Shown: one piece after another, positions 47,563 through 56,524 of the stretch | Layout: each line of letters starts with the position of its first letter | Numbering within the stretch: position 1 is the stretch's first letter | Source: an uncultured Gemmatimonadales bacterium | Lineage (GTDB): Bacteria > Gemmatimonadota > Gemmatimonadetes > Gemmatimonadales > GWC2-71-9 | Assembly: GCA_963695555.1 (NCBI GenBank) | Contig: CAVOGR010000001.1 | Location: forward strand, 288,001-352,000 | Direction: 5' to 3' | DNA length: 64,000 bases | Notes under the pieces: generated by a model | Databases searched by the model: none | Told to the model about the DNA's origin: nothing | The model's input: the letters and a program-made list of their open reading frames with translations, nothing else | Position numbers and translations under genes: made by a program

Positions 47563-50505
47563 TCAGCGATCGGTCCCGACCGGGACCGCCTCCACGCGGA
47601 CCGCGCTGACCTTGAACGAAGCGATCTTGGCGTACGGGTCGAGCTTGGGGTTCGTCAACAAGTTGGCGGCCGCTTCACGGAAATGCATGGGGACGAATAT
47701 CTGTCCCGGCGCTTGGCGCTCCGACAGCCGAGCCCCGATTACGATCGAGCCGCGACGCGAGGTGATCCGGACTGTGTCCCCATCCGCTACGCCGAGAGCC
47801 GCCGCATCGGCTGGGTGAATTTCCACCACCGGTACGGGCTCCCGGGCATCCAGACCCTCAGAGCGTCGGGTCATGGTGCCGGTATGCCAGTGATACATCT
47901 GCCGCCCGGTACCCATGACGAACGGGAACTCCTCATCCGGCAGTTCGCTCGGCGGCAAGGCCTCGACCGGGACGAAGCTGGCACGCCCGTCCGCAGTCGG
48001 GAAGCCGTCGGCAAACAGGAAGGGGGTCCCGGGCGAGTCCTCGTCGGGAACAGGGTACTGGAGCCCGCCGTGACGCGTGATCCCGGCGTAGGTCACGCCG
48101 CGCCACGATGGCGTCACCTGCGCGATCTCCCGCATCACGTCCTCGGCGGTGGTGAACTGAGTCGGCAAGCCCAGGCGGTTGCTCAGATCCACCAGGATAT
48201 CGAGATCGCGTCGGCAGAGTCCCGGCGGGTCCAATCCGGGCTCGCTCAACTGGATCCGGCGCTCCGTATTCACGAAGGTGCCTTGTTTCTCGGCAAACGA
48301 CGACCCCGGGAGCACCACGTCGGCCCAGCGGGCGGTTTCGGTGAGAAAGAGGTCGTGAACCGCCAGGAATTCGAGGCCGCGCACCCAGTGTTCGGCATGC
48401 GAGATGTCGGGATCGGACATCACGGGGTTCTCGCCCATGATGTAGAGTCCACGCACCGGGCTCCCATCCTTGGGCAGTTCCGTGACCATGAACCCCTCCT
48501 CGAGCGACAAGGCCTCTTCCGGGACCCCCCACACGCGCGCGTAGTCGGCCCGGTGCGCCGGATCCTTGACCGAGCGATAGTCGGTATACACGAAGGGGAT
48601 GGCCCCCATGTCGCTCGCGCCCTGCACGTTGTTCTGGCCGCGGATCGGGAACATGGCCGCTCCCCAGCGGCCGATCATGCCTGTGGCCAAGATCAGGTTG
48701 AGCAGCGCCGCCACGATGTCCGTGCCTGTCGAATGTTGCGTCAGCCCCATGGCCCACAGGGTCGACGTGTTGGGGCCCGACGCGTACAACTCCGCTGCCT
48801 GGCCGATCAGGTGGTGGGGAATGCCGGTCAGCTTGGACCCGACCTCCAGGGTGTAGGGGGCCACGGCCGCCGCGACTGCGTCGAATTCCCGGGTCCGTTC
48901 GGCGATGAATGCCTGGTTCACCAGCCCGTGCTGGATGATGTGATTCAGCAACGTGTTGAACAGCGCCACGTCCGTTCCCGGCCGCAGCTGCAGGTGGATG
49001 TCGGCCATGGCCGCGAGCTCCGTCCGGCGCACGTCGGCCACGATCAGCCGGGCTCCACGGGTGACCGCTCGCTTGATGAGGGCACCGAACACGGGGTGTG
49101 ATTCCGTGGTGTTGGCCCCGGCAATGAAGATGACGTCACAAGCCTCCTCGATTTCGCGCATCGAGCCGGACGCCGCGGCGGTACTCATGGCGCGGTTCAT
49201 GGCTGAGACCGACGTCGAGTGACACAGCCGGGTACAGTGGTCGACGCTGTTGGTTCCCAAACCCGCCCGGACCATCCGCATGAAGACGTAATTGTCCTCA
49301 TTGGTGCATTTGGCCGAGGACAGTGCGGCGAGGGCGTTCGGCCCGTGCGCGCCCTTGATCCGGAGGAGTTCCTGCGCGGTGAGGCTCAGGGCCTCGTCCC
49401 AGGTGGCTTCGCGGAACGCGCTGAACCACGCGGCCGGAGTCGAGGCCTGGTCCCGGATATCGCTTTCGGGTGCGGTGCGTCGTCCTGTCTGGGGCGGTTT
49501 CCCCGTGCTTCGGAACGGCGGACGTGGCTTTCCCTCTCGCCCTAACTCTTCGATCGTGTGCCACGGGCCTTCCCGATAGCGCGGCGTGGCTCCGGTCCAG
49601 CGCCAGGCGCTCCCGTCATGCACCCAGCCCTTGCGGATGAGCGGAGTCTTGAGCCGGTCCCGATGTTGTCCGAAGTCGTATCCGAAGCGCCCTTTGACAC
49701 AGGTGGAGCCCTGGTTGGGGGTGGCCTCCTCGATCCACGGCGAGGTGACCCGCATGAGCTGTCCCTGCTTGACGTGGAGGTCGATCTGGCATCCGACCCC
49801 GCAGTAGGGGCAGACCGACCGGGCGACCGTGTCTGGGGCGAGCAGCGCCTGGCGGCCGAATCGCCGACTGGGCATGAACTCGAAAATGGCGTCCGTGGGG
49901 CATACTCGGACGCACTCACCGCACCAGGTACACCCGGCGTGATCGGGATTTCCGTCCCCGCCCACGATGATCTGGGCGGCGGGCCCCCGCTCGGACACGT
50001 CGAGCACGCCGACTTCCTGGATGTCCTCACAGGCTCGGACACACCGGGTACAGAGGATGCACCGGCTCATGTCGTGCTGGATCATGATGTCGCCGGGCCG
50101 CTCGTCTCCCGTGCGGAGTGGCAGGACCCGACGGTCCGGAATCGGGACCTGGTACTCCACCACGTATCGCTCGAACTCGTTTTCCGGTTGGGCTCGTCCG
50201 CCGTTGGCCAGGTGGTCTCCAGGGTAGCGCTGGAGCAGGAAATTGAGAACGGAGCGGCGGCTGGCGATTGCGGCCGGACTGTCGGTCTCCACCGTCATGC
50301 CGTCGGTCGCCGGCGTGGCGCACGCGGCGATGAGCTTCGGCTCGCCCTGGACGCTCACCAGGCAGATTCGGCAGTTGCCGACCGTTGGGAGCTTGGGGTA
50401 CCAGCAAAGCGTGGGGATACGGATATCGGCGGAGCGGGCGGCATCCAGGATGCTGGCACCGGGTGTGAAAGCGATCTGCTGTCGGTTGATTGTCAGTGTC
50501 CCCAT
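47563..50505 (-). CDS. fdhF: Molybdo-bisPGD formate dehydrogenase alpha subunit (Cys type) with N-terminal Fe-S domains
   Basis: IPTLC...CRIC ([2Fe-2S]), CILCTRCVRAC and CTWCGECVRVCP, CPYCGVGC..C.KG.F, DHCTRLCHS, RGQNNVQGA.D; alternative start 50568. Confidence 0.88.
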   Translation of the reverse strand: MGTLTINRQQIAFTPGASILDAARSADIRIPTLCWYPKLPTVGNCRICLVSVQGEPKLIAACATPATDGMTVETDSPAAIASRRSVLNFLLQRYPGDHLANGGRAQPENEFERYVVEYQVPIPDRRVLPLRTGDERPGDIMIQHDMSRCILCTRCVRACEDIQEVGVLDVSERGPAAQIIVGGDGNPDHAGCTWCGECVRVCPTDAIFEFMPSRRFGRQALLAPDTVARSVCPYCGVGCQIDLHVKQGQLMRVTSPWIEEATPNQGSTCVKGRFGYDFGQHRDRLKTPLIRKGWVHDGSAWRWTGATPRYREGPWHTIEELGREGKPRPPFRSTGKPPQTGRRTAPESDIRDQASTPAAWFSAFREATWDEALSLTAQELLRIKGAHGPNALAALSSAKCTNEDNYVFMRMVRAGLGTNSVDHCTRLCHSTSVSAMNRAMSTAAASGSMREIEEACDVIFIAGANTTESHPVFGALIKRAVTRGARLIVADVRRTELAAMADIHLQLRPGTDVALFNTLLNHIIQHGLVNQAFIAERTREFDAVAAAVAPYTLEVGSKLTGIPHHLIGQAAELYASGPNTSTLWAMGLTQHSTGTDIVAALLNLILATGMIGRWGAAMFPIRGQNNVQGASDMGAIPFVYTDYRSVKDPAHRADYARVWGVPEEALSLEEGFMVTELPKDGSPVRGLYIMGENPVMSDPDISHAEHWVRGLEFLAVHDLFLTETARWADVVLPGSSFAEKQGTFVNTERRIQLSEPGLDPPGLCRRDLDILVDLSNRLGLPTQFTTAEDVMREIAQVTPSWRGVTYAGITRHGGLQYPVPDEDSPGTPFLFADGFPTADGRASFVPVEALPPSELPDEEFPFVMGTGRQMYHWHTGTMTRRSEGLDAREPVPVVEIHPADAAALGVADGDTVRITSRRGSIVIGARLSERQAPGQIFVPMHFREAAANLLTNPKLDPYAKIASFKVSAVRVEAVPVGTDR

Positions 50506-51054
50506 GCGTCCGCCGAAGAGGGGTTTCGTGTCGAGAATAGAGCCCTTTCTGGCGGCAGGCAAGGGCACTCACGCGATGCGGCTACAACGATCCGATGTCA
50601 TGCATGACTGGGCGATGCATTGCGATTTGCATGACTCACAGGGTAACTCGCGACATGAATTGGACGCACAGCCGCGGTTGTCGGAGTCGGACGCAACGAA
50701 ACGAATATTGCCTAGGGTATTGCGCGAAACGAAAAAGTTTCGATTTTGTACATGGACGCAGTACGTGCCCGTGATCGATTTCGGATCCCGTGGGGCACGA
50801 TGCTCGGTTCGGCGATAGGACAGCAGCGCAAACTTCGACTGAAAGATCACGCGCTCTGAATCACTAGCTGAACGTCGAGGATCAGGTGCCCAGTCGATCA
50901 TGCTTTGCCTTGCGGCGAGTGCGGATCAGCCGCCCCGAATTTCCCGGTCATCGATGTGATGGACGGGGAAGTGCGGGAGTGACATCGCTCCCCATGCAGG
51001 CCCGTCCGGTCATAGTGTCCGCGACGGTTTGTACTCCAATTGGAGGAGGCAAAG

Positions 51055-51165
51055 ATGGCAGCTCGTAAGAAGGCGAAGAAGGCTAGGAAGCCAGCGAAGC
51101 GTAAGAAGAAGGCGACCAAGAAGGCGACCAAGAAGCGGAGACGGAAGGCCGCCAAGAAGAAGTAA
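51055..51165 (+). CDS. 36-aa Lys/Arg/Ala-rich histone-H1/protamine-like peptide
   Basis: MAARKKAKKARKPAKRKKKATKKATKKRRRKAAKKK*; GGAGGAGG RBS at 51042-51049; hairpin immediately downstream; below the ORF-track length cutoff. Confidence 0.85.
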   Translation: MAARKKAKKARKPAKRKKKATKKATKKRRRKAAKKK

Positions 51166-51185
51166 CTTGCCTTCTGAGATGCAAC

Positions 51186-51208
51186 GGGGCCGGCCAGCTG
51201 CCGGCCCC
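51186..51208 (+). terminator. GC-rich hairpin after the basic peptide gene
   Basis: GGGGCCGGC-CAGCT-GCCGGCCCC, with only a weak U-tract. Confidence 0.55.
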
Positions 51209-51248
51209 ATGCATTTCCCCCCCCTCCCCCCCATCCCAGAAAACGACA

Positions 51249-51271
51249 GAGGCCCCTCGAACGGGGGCCTC
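51249..51271 (-). terminator. Hairpin after the 56-aa ORF
   Basis: GAGGCCCC-N7-GGGGCCTC, followed on the minus strand by TGTCGTTTT. Confidence 0.55.
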
Positions 51272-51298
51272 GTGGCGTTCGAACGGGGGGTCCCGTCG

Positions 51299-51469
51299 CT
51301 ACGGGTGGCGCGCCACCGGCACCCGCTCGTGCCAATGATCCCCCGCCGCCCCATCCTCATCCCAAGCCCAGAGGAAGGCCCACGAGCGAATGGGTCGCGC
51401 CGCGCCCTGGCGCAGGCGGACAATGATTCCGACGGGCTCATCGAGAACGGGAAGGGGAACACTCGTCAC
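51299..51469 (-). CDS. 56-aa hypothetical protein
   Basis: GTG start with AAGAGG upstream; MTSVPLPVLDEPVGIIVRLRQGAARPIRSWAFLWAWDEDGAAGDHWHERVPVARHP*; sigma-54-like promoter upstream and hairpin downstream. Confidence 0.6.
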   Translation of the reverse strand: MTSVPLPVLDEPVGIIVRLRQGAARPIRSWAFLWAWDEDGAAGDHWHERVPVARHP

Positions 51470-51543
51470 GGCAACCTCTTAGGCGGAAATCTCAAGGGCA
51501 ACCAGGTCCAGCGGGGAACACCCGGCTCTTCCTATATAAGGAA

Positions 51544-51560
51544 CGCAGAAGGCATGCCGT
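51544..51560 (-). promoter_or_regulatory. Putative sigma-54 -24/-12 promoter
   Basis: ACGGCATGCCTTCTGCG. Confidence 0.5.
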
Positions 51561-51575
51561 AGCGTTGGTATTGTC

Positions 51576-51600
51576 TAAATTATTTAGTAGCAACAACTTA
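51576..51600. promoter_or_regulatory. 25-bp dyad element just upstream of a sigma-54 element
   Basis: TAA-ATTA-TTT-AGTAG-CAA-CAAC-TTA. Confidence 0.55.
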
Positions 51601-51627
51601 GATGGGCACACTCCAACTGGGAGTGTG

Positions 51628-52479
51628 TTAGATCGACACAGACGCGTCCTCGTCGTGTGTGTCTGATTGACGCAGCGGCTTCTGGAGTATCAGGCTCCCG
51701 GTCCGCCGGCCGGCCGGGTGGGTTCGATGGGCATGCCAGCCCTCGTAGTTCCCGCGCAAGGCCTGGGGCGAGAGGCCTGTCTTCGAGCCGATCAGTACGT
51801 GGACGCCGTTGGTGTTGGTCCGGTTCTGCAGCTCGCCAATGAGCTCTGCCCGGGTCGGCGGGCCCACCTCCTCGAGTCCGCTGGTGTCGATGGCCACCAC
51901 ATTCAGCCCCTTGGTCTCAGGAAGCCACGCGCCAAGCTGGACGACGAAGGTAACCAGCGAGCCGGTCAGGGACTCGCCGACGGCTCGGTTTTCGACCCGC
52001 TCGACACTGGCCAAATCGAGGGCGAGAAAGGTGACGGCCACCTCGTGGGCGGCCAGCAAGAAGGTGAGCGGCTCGGTCACGGCGCCGATGAGCAGGGCGG
52101 TGTCGCCGGGTTCCAGCCGCGGCAGCAGAGATGTCACCGGATCGGCGGGGTCGATGCCCCAGTGAGTCGGCTCCCGCTGAGCCTCCCGGAGCGCCACGTA
52201 GTGGCGGCGCCACTTGGGGTAGCTAGGAAGTGAGAGTCGCTTGATGATCATGCGGTCCACCGAGTCCAGCAGCAGCACCTCGGTGAGGACGAACTGTCCC
52301 TCGGCCCCGGCGGCCAGCTCGGCGACAGCCTCATCCCCCAGGCGCAGGAGCTCCGTCCTGGTGAAGGAGTCCTTGTAGGCCTCGACTCGCTCCAGGATGT
52401 ACTCCTGGTACAGCTGCTTGAGCGAAGGGCTGTGGCGCCGTCGCTGGCGGCGCTGCTGGGCCTGGACCAGGGTCAGCAT
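51628..52479 (-). CDS. Hypothetical protein (helical N-terminus, Rossmann/methyltransferase-like C-terminus)
   Basis: 283 aa; start overlaps the CDF stop; ALLIGA...FLAL D...GVHVL pattern. Confidence 0.7.
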   Translation of the reverse strand: MLTLVQAQQRRQRRRHSPSLKQLYQEYILERVEAYKDSFTRTELLRLGDEAVAELAAGAEGQFVLTEVLLLDSVDRMIIKRLSLPSYPKWRRHYVALREAQREPTHWGIDPADPVTSLLPRLEPGDTALLIGAVTEPLTFLLAAHEVAVTFLALDLASVERVENRAVGESLTGSLVTFVVQLGAWLPETKGLNVVAIDTSGLEEVGPPTRAELIGELQNRTNTNGVHVLIGSKTGLSPQALRGNYEGWHAHRTHPAGRRTGSLILQKPLRQSDTHDEDASVSI

Positions 52480-53342
52480 GGCTCGACGTGCACCAGGATC
52501 TCGTGTAGGTCCAAGGTGGTGCGGAGCCGCTGCTCCACCACATCGGCGATCTCGTGCGCCGTCGCGACACTCTCCGACCCATCCACCGTGATCGTGAGCT
52601 CGGCAAATCGCTTGGCCGCCGCGACTCTCGAGCGAATGTCGTACGCATCACGCACTCCGGGAATCTGTGTCGCCGCGCGGCGAATCGCCGCTCCATCCAC
52701 CGCGGCCTGGTCGACCAGGCTCGGAATCACGCGTCCCACGACTTGGACTCCGATTCGCACGACCATCGCCGAGACCACGATGGCCAAAACCGGATCCGCC
52801 CAGGTCAGGCCGAGGGTGGCAAGGGCCAACCCGATGATCACCGCGATGGTGATGAACACGTCGGCCCGGGTATGCGCCGCGTCCGCGAGCAGGATCTCGC
52901 TCTGGAGCCGCTGCCCCGCACGGGTCTCGTACCACACGACCCCGATGTTGACCAGCAGGGTCGCGACGAGTAAGCCCGCCATCAGCGGGGACAGGACCGG
53001 CGCTGAGGTGCCCTGCCACAACCGCGTAATGGCACCTTGGAGCAGCTCGAAGAGGGTGACCGAGAGGAAGACCACGACGATGAGGGCTCCCAGCGTTTCG
53101 AACTTGCCGTGTCCGTACGGGTGATCGTCGTCCGGCGCCTTGGCGGCGAAGCGAACGACGATCATGCCAAAGAGGTTGTTCACGGCATCTACCGAGGAGT
53201 GAACGGCGTCTCCGAAGACGGCGAGCGAGTTTGCCGAGAGTCCTACTGAGATTTTGATGACAACGACCGCCAGATTGGCAAGCAGAATCCCACCGAGTAC
53301 CCGGCGGACCTGCCGAGCGCGAGCGGCCTCACCGATACTCAT
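52473..53342 (-). CDS. Cation diffusion facilitator (FieF-like) transporter
   Basis: SLA..GDAVHS..D, PD.DHPYGHGK.E, ADAAH.R.D, W.DP, AHEIAD, VHVEP. Confidence 0.93.
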   Translation of the reverse strand: MSIGEAARARQVRRVLGGILLANLAVVVIKISVGLSANSLAVFGDAVHSSVDAVNNLFGMIVVRFAAKAPDDDHPYGHGKFETLGALIVVVFLSVTLFELLQGAITRLWQGTSAPVLSPLMAGLLVATLLVNIGVVWYETRAGQRLQSEILLADAAHTRADVFITIAVIIGLALATLGLTWADPVLAIVVSAMVVRIGVQVVGRVIPSLVDQAAVDGAAIRRAATQIPGVRDAYDIRSRVAAAKRFAELTITVDGSESVATAHEIADVVEQRLRTTLDLHEILVHVEPC

Positions 53343-53530
53343 GGTGCAAACTGATACAGGCCCGACAGGCTGTCAACGGGACTGCGAGCCGGCGCGCGAT
53401 CCCCAGCTGGCACGCACTGAGTGTCTGTTGCCCCCACCTGGGCCTCGGAGCATGTTAGGTTGCCTGCACGTTAATCGGATGGCTTGCCTGTTCAAAGCAC
53501 AAGAGACCGAACTCCGGTTGGATTGGCAAT

Positions 53531-54868
53531 ATGAAAGGTGCTCCGTGCTGGCCGCTGCTTGTTTGGGTGCTCGTTGTTCCTGGCTCACTCGAGGCGCAGG
53601 AACCGGCCGCCGTGCCTGACCGGGTCGAAGTCGCCCGATCGGTCGTTCAAGCGCTCGCCGACCGGGACTTCACGGCCGTTGTCGAGCGATTCGACTCCAC
53701 CATGCGTCAAGCAATGTCCCGAGCGCAGTTGGCCGAGAGCTGGGATGCCCTGCTCGGCCAGGTCGGCGCGTTCGACGCCCAGGGCGAGGCAACCTCGGAC
53801 CGCGTGCAGGGCTTCGACCGGGTCACGGTTGCCGCGACATTCGCCCGAGGTTCGATCGACCTCCGGGTGGTCTTCAACCGGGCCGGCCAAGTATCCGGAC
53901 TCTGGTTCACCCCGCACACACCCGCCCCATCATCCTCGCCGCCCCCATACGCCGACACGGGGGCGTTCCGCGAGGTCGCCGTGACCGTAGGGCAGGGCGA
54001 CCTCATCCTCCCGGGCACGCTGTCGCTGCCGACATCCGCTGGCGGACATCCGGCCGTGGTGCTCGTTCACGGCTCAGGTCCGCACGACCGCAACGAGACC
54101 ATTGGCCCCAACCAGCCGTTCAGGGATCTCGCATGGGGATTAGCCTCCCGCGGTATTGCCGTACTTCGCTACGAGAAACGCACCAGGATGTATGCGTCCC
54201 GGATTGCGGCGGCTCCGAACGGCTTCACCCTCCGAGAGGAAAGTGAGGATGATGCGCTCGCGGCCGTTACCCTGCTCCGGACGACACCGGGAATCGATAG
54301 CTCCCGCATCTTCGTGCTCGGCCACAGTCTCGGTGGCATGCTCGCTCCCAGGATTGCAACACGGGATCCCGGCATTGCCGGGGTGATCATCCTGGCCGGC
54401 TCAACCCGCCCGCTCGACGAGATCTTGCTGGCCCAGATCGACTACATCGCGAGGCTGGACGACTCGGTTTCCAGCGAGGAAGAGCAGCGCATTATCGCTA
54501 TCCGAGAGGGTCTCGCGGCCGTCGCGGAACTGACCGCCGCCGACACGTCGTCGCCGACCTTGCTGCTCGGCGCCCCGCCGAGTTATTGGCTCGACCTCCG
54601 AGCATACCACCCTACCGAAACGGCGCGAACTCTTGCCAAGCCAATGCTCGTCCTGCAGGGCGGCCGAGACTACCAGGTCACCATGGACGATTTGCAGGGA
54701 TGGGAGACGGCGTTGTCCGGTCGCAGTGACGTCCGGTTCAGGGTGTTTCCGGACCTGAATCACCTCTTCATCACCGGACAGGGCAGGCCGACTCCCACCG
54801 AGTACCAGATCCCGGGCCATGTGGCCCACGAGGTCATCGAGGAAATCGCGGCCTGGATCCATCCGTGA
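53531..54868 (+). CDS. Exported alpha/beta hydrolase with N-terminal DUF3887-like domain
   Basis: Signal peptide, VHGSGPHDRNE, GHSLGG, QGGRDYQV, LNHLF. Confidence 0.88.
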   Translation: MKGAPCWPLLVWVLVVPGSLEAQEPAAVPDRVEVARSVVQALADRDFTAVVERFDSTMRQAMSRAQLAESWDALLGQVGAFDAQGEATSDRVQGFDRVTVAATFARGSIDLRVVFNRAGQVSGLWFTPHTPAPSSSPPPYADTGAFREVAVTVGQGDLILPGTLSLPTSAGGHPAVVLVHGSGPHDRNETIGPNQPFRDLAWGLASRGIAVLRYEKRTRMYASRIAAAPNGFTLREESEDDALAAVTLLRTTPGIDSSRIFVLGHSLGGMLAPRIATRDPGIAGVIILAGSTRPLDEILLAQIDYIARLDDSVSSEEEQRIIAIREGLAAVAELTAADTSSPTLLLGAPPSYWLDLRAYHPTETARTLAKPMLVLQGGRDYQVTMDDLQGWETALSGRSDVRFRVFPDLNHLFITGQGRPTPTEYQIPGHVAHEVIEEIAAWIHP

Positions 54869-55500
54869 GCGGTGTGCCACCGCGTCTGGCCGACGCGCTT
54901 CGCCTGATGCTCGTGACCGATGACCGATTGCTCGGAGACCGCGACCTGGCCATGATCTGCCGCGCCGCAGAGGCGGGGGGCGTAACCAGCATCCAGGTCC
55001 GGTTGAAGCTCCTGGAATCCCGCCACATGCTGGCGCAGGTGCGTGCCGTGATGAACGCGGTTCGGATCCCTGTCTTCGTGAATGACCGGCTCGATGTAGC
55101 CATGGCCGCCGGGGCCGCCGGCGTCCACCTTGGTCCGGGCGATCTTCCCGTGTCTTTGGCGTGTCGGATAGTGCAGGTGGGATTCTGGATTGGTGCGTCG
55201 GTGGGCACGGAGGTCGAGGTACCGGGTGGAGCGGCGGCCGACTACTGGGGCATCGGACCTGTGCGGAGAACGTCCACAAAGTCCGATGCCGGCGGCGCGA
55301 TCGGTGTCTCGGGATTCGAGCGTCTCTGCCGGTCGAGCAGTCCACACCAACCCTGTGTGGCCATCGGAGGGATTCGGCCCGAGGATATGGCTCCTTTGCT
55401 CGAAGCCGGCGCCGCGGGCATCGCCGTTGGGTCGGGCATTCTCGCGTCCGACGATGTCCAAGCCGCCGCAGCCAGGTACCGCGGCGCACTCCCCTCCTGA
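54865..55500 (+). CDS. thiE: Thiamine-phosphate synthase
   Basis: Q.RLK, VNDRLDVA, GVHLG..D, IGAS, GPV..TSTK.D, VAIGGI. Confidence 0.9.
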   Translation: MSGVPPRLADALRLMLVTDDRLLGDRDLAMICRAAEAGGVTSIQVRLKLLESRHMLAQVRAVMNAVRIPVFVNDRLDVAMAAGAAGVHLGPGDLPVSLACRIVQVGFWIGASVGTEVEVPGGAAADYWGIGPVRRTSTKSDAGGAIGVSGFERLCRSSSPHQPCVAIGGIRPEDMAPLLEAGAAGIAVGSGILASDDVQAAAARYRGALPS

Positions 55501-55513
55501 ACCACCCCGTGTG

Positions 55514-56524
55514 CTAAGGCGCCCTCTCGTCGGCGCCCCCTCGGATCCGGGCGATGGCAGCAAGATGCTGGCGGTAGGTCCGGCTGAAGACGTGGCTTCC
55601 GTCGCCACGCGCGACGAAGAAGTAGTAGGGAACCGATGCTGGGTAGAGCGTGGCTTCCAGGCTCCCGAGGCTCGGCGAAGCGATGGGTCCGGGGGGGAGG
55701 CCCTCATGGAGGTAGGTGTTGTAGGGGGAAGGGAACTGGTAGTCCCGGAGTAGCAGGCGGGGCTTGCGCTCCCCCGTCGCGAGCTGAATGGCGTACTGGA
55801 CCGTCGGGTCGGCTTGAAGACGCATGCCGCGCCGCAAGCGGTTGTGATACGCGGCAGACACCAGCGGGCCCTCGCCTCGTTTGACGACCTCACCCTGGAC
55901 AATCGATGCGAGAATCACCACATCGTGTCGCGTCATCCGCATCGTGTCGAGACGCGCGTTCCACGCCGGCTGCCAGGTCGTGAGGAAGTTGTCGGCCATG
56001 ACCCGGACCACCTGCCTCGCCGTCGATCCGGCCGCGACGGTGTACGTTTCGGGGAAGAGGTAGCCCTCGAAGGAGCCGCCCTCCAGGCCCAGGGCGCGGA
56101 GCAGGGAAGTGTCGCGAGCGGCCGCCGTGAACGAGTCGGTCGGGATATCCAACATTGCCGCCGCCAGCTCTGCCACGTCGGGAATGGTGAGGCCTTCCGG
56201 CACGGTGAACCGCACCAGAACCACGCGCCCCTCCGCCAGCGTGTTGAGCACCTGGGTCGAGGAGCTGGCTCGCGGGAATTCATAGACCCCCGCCTGGATC
56301 GTCCGGTCCATGCGGCGCGCCCGGGCCAAGAGCTTGAACCAGGTTGGGTATTTTACGATTCCGTGGGCGACGAGCGAGTCCGTGATCGTCGCGAAGCTCG
56401 CCCCGGCCGGGATGACCACCCGTTCGAGCGCTGCAGGATGCATCGACTCCTGGCCGCAGGCCATGGCGACGATTGCCGCAAGCAACCCAGCCCGCGCCGT
56501 GCGGGCCCAGTCTCGCGGTCTCAT
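55514..56524 (-). CDS. mltG: Endolytic transglycosylase
   Basis: TVPEGLT, EGYLFPETY, LASIV..E, NRL..GM.LQADPT, SPYNTY...GLPPGPI; ATG 56524. Confidence 0.93.
   Translation of the reverse strand: MRPRDWARTARAGLLAAIVAMACGQESMHPAALERVVIPAGASFATITDSLVAHGIVKYPTWFKLLARARRMDRTIQAGVYEFPRASSSTQVLNTLAEGRVVLVRFTVPEGLTIPDVAELAAAMLDIPTDSFTAAARDTSLLRALGLEGGSFEGYLFPETYTVAAGSTARQVVRVMADNFLTTWQPAWNARLDTMRMTRHDVVILASIVQGEVVKRGEGPLVSAAYHNRLRRGMRLQADPTVQYAIQLATGERKPRLLLRDYQFPSPYNTYLHEGLPPGPIASPSLGSLEATLYPASVPYYFFVARGDGSHVFSRTYRQHLAAIARIRGGADERAP

Noticed and set aside
47524..49101. 525-aa plus-strand ORF
   Set aside because: Antisense to formate dehydrogenase, with no motifs
49210..49245. Possible selenocysteine in formate dehydrogenase
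   Set aside because: The active-site codon is Cys (RLCHS) and there is no in-frame TGA
50820..50900. GCAAAC...GAAA resembling a c-di-GMP-I riboswitch
   Set aside because: The flanks do not pair and the GACGCAAAGC segment is absent. An Infernal/Rfam scan would settle it.
51100..51135. Short tandem repeat AAGAAGGCGACC as a CRISPR or VNTR
   Set aside because: Two copies encoding KKAT, with no spacers or cas genes
50898..51335. Minus-strand ORF with an FLAAFRLRFLVAFLVAFF pseudo-TM segment, and plus-strand ORF 51029..51562
   Set aside because: Antisense and off-frame readings of the Lys-rich peptide gene, which has the RBS
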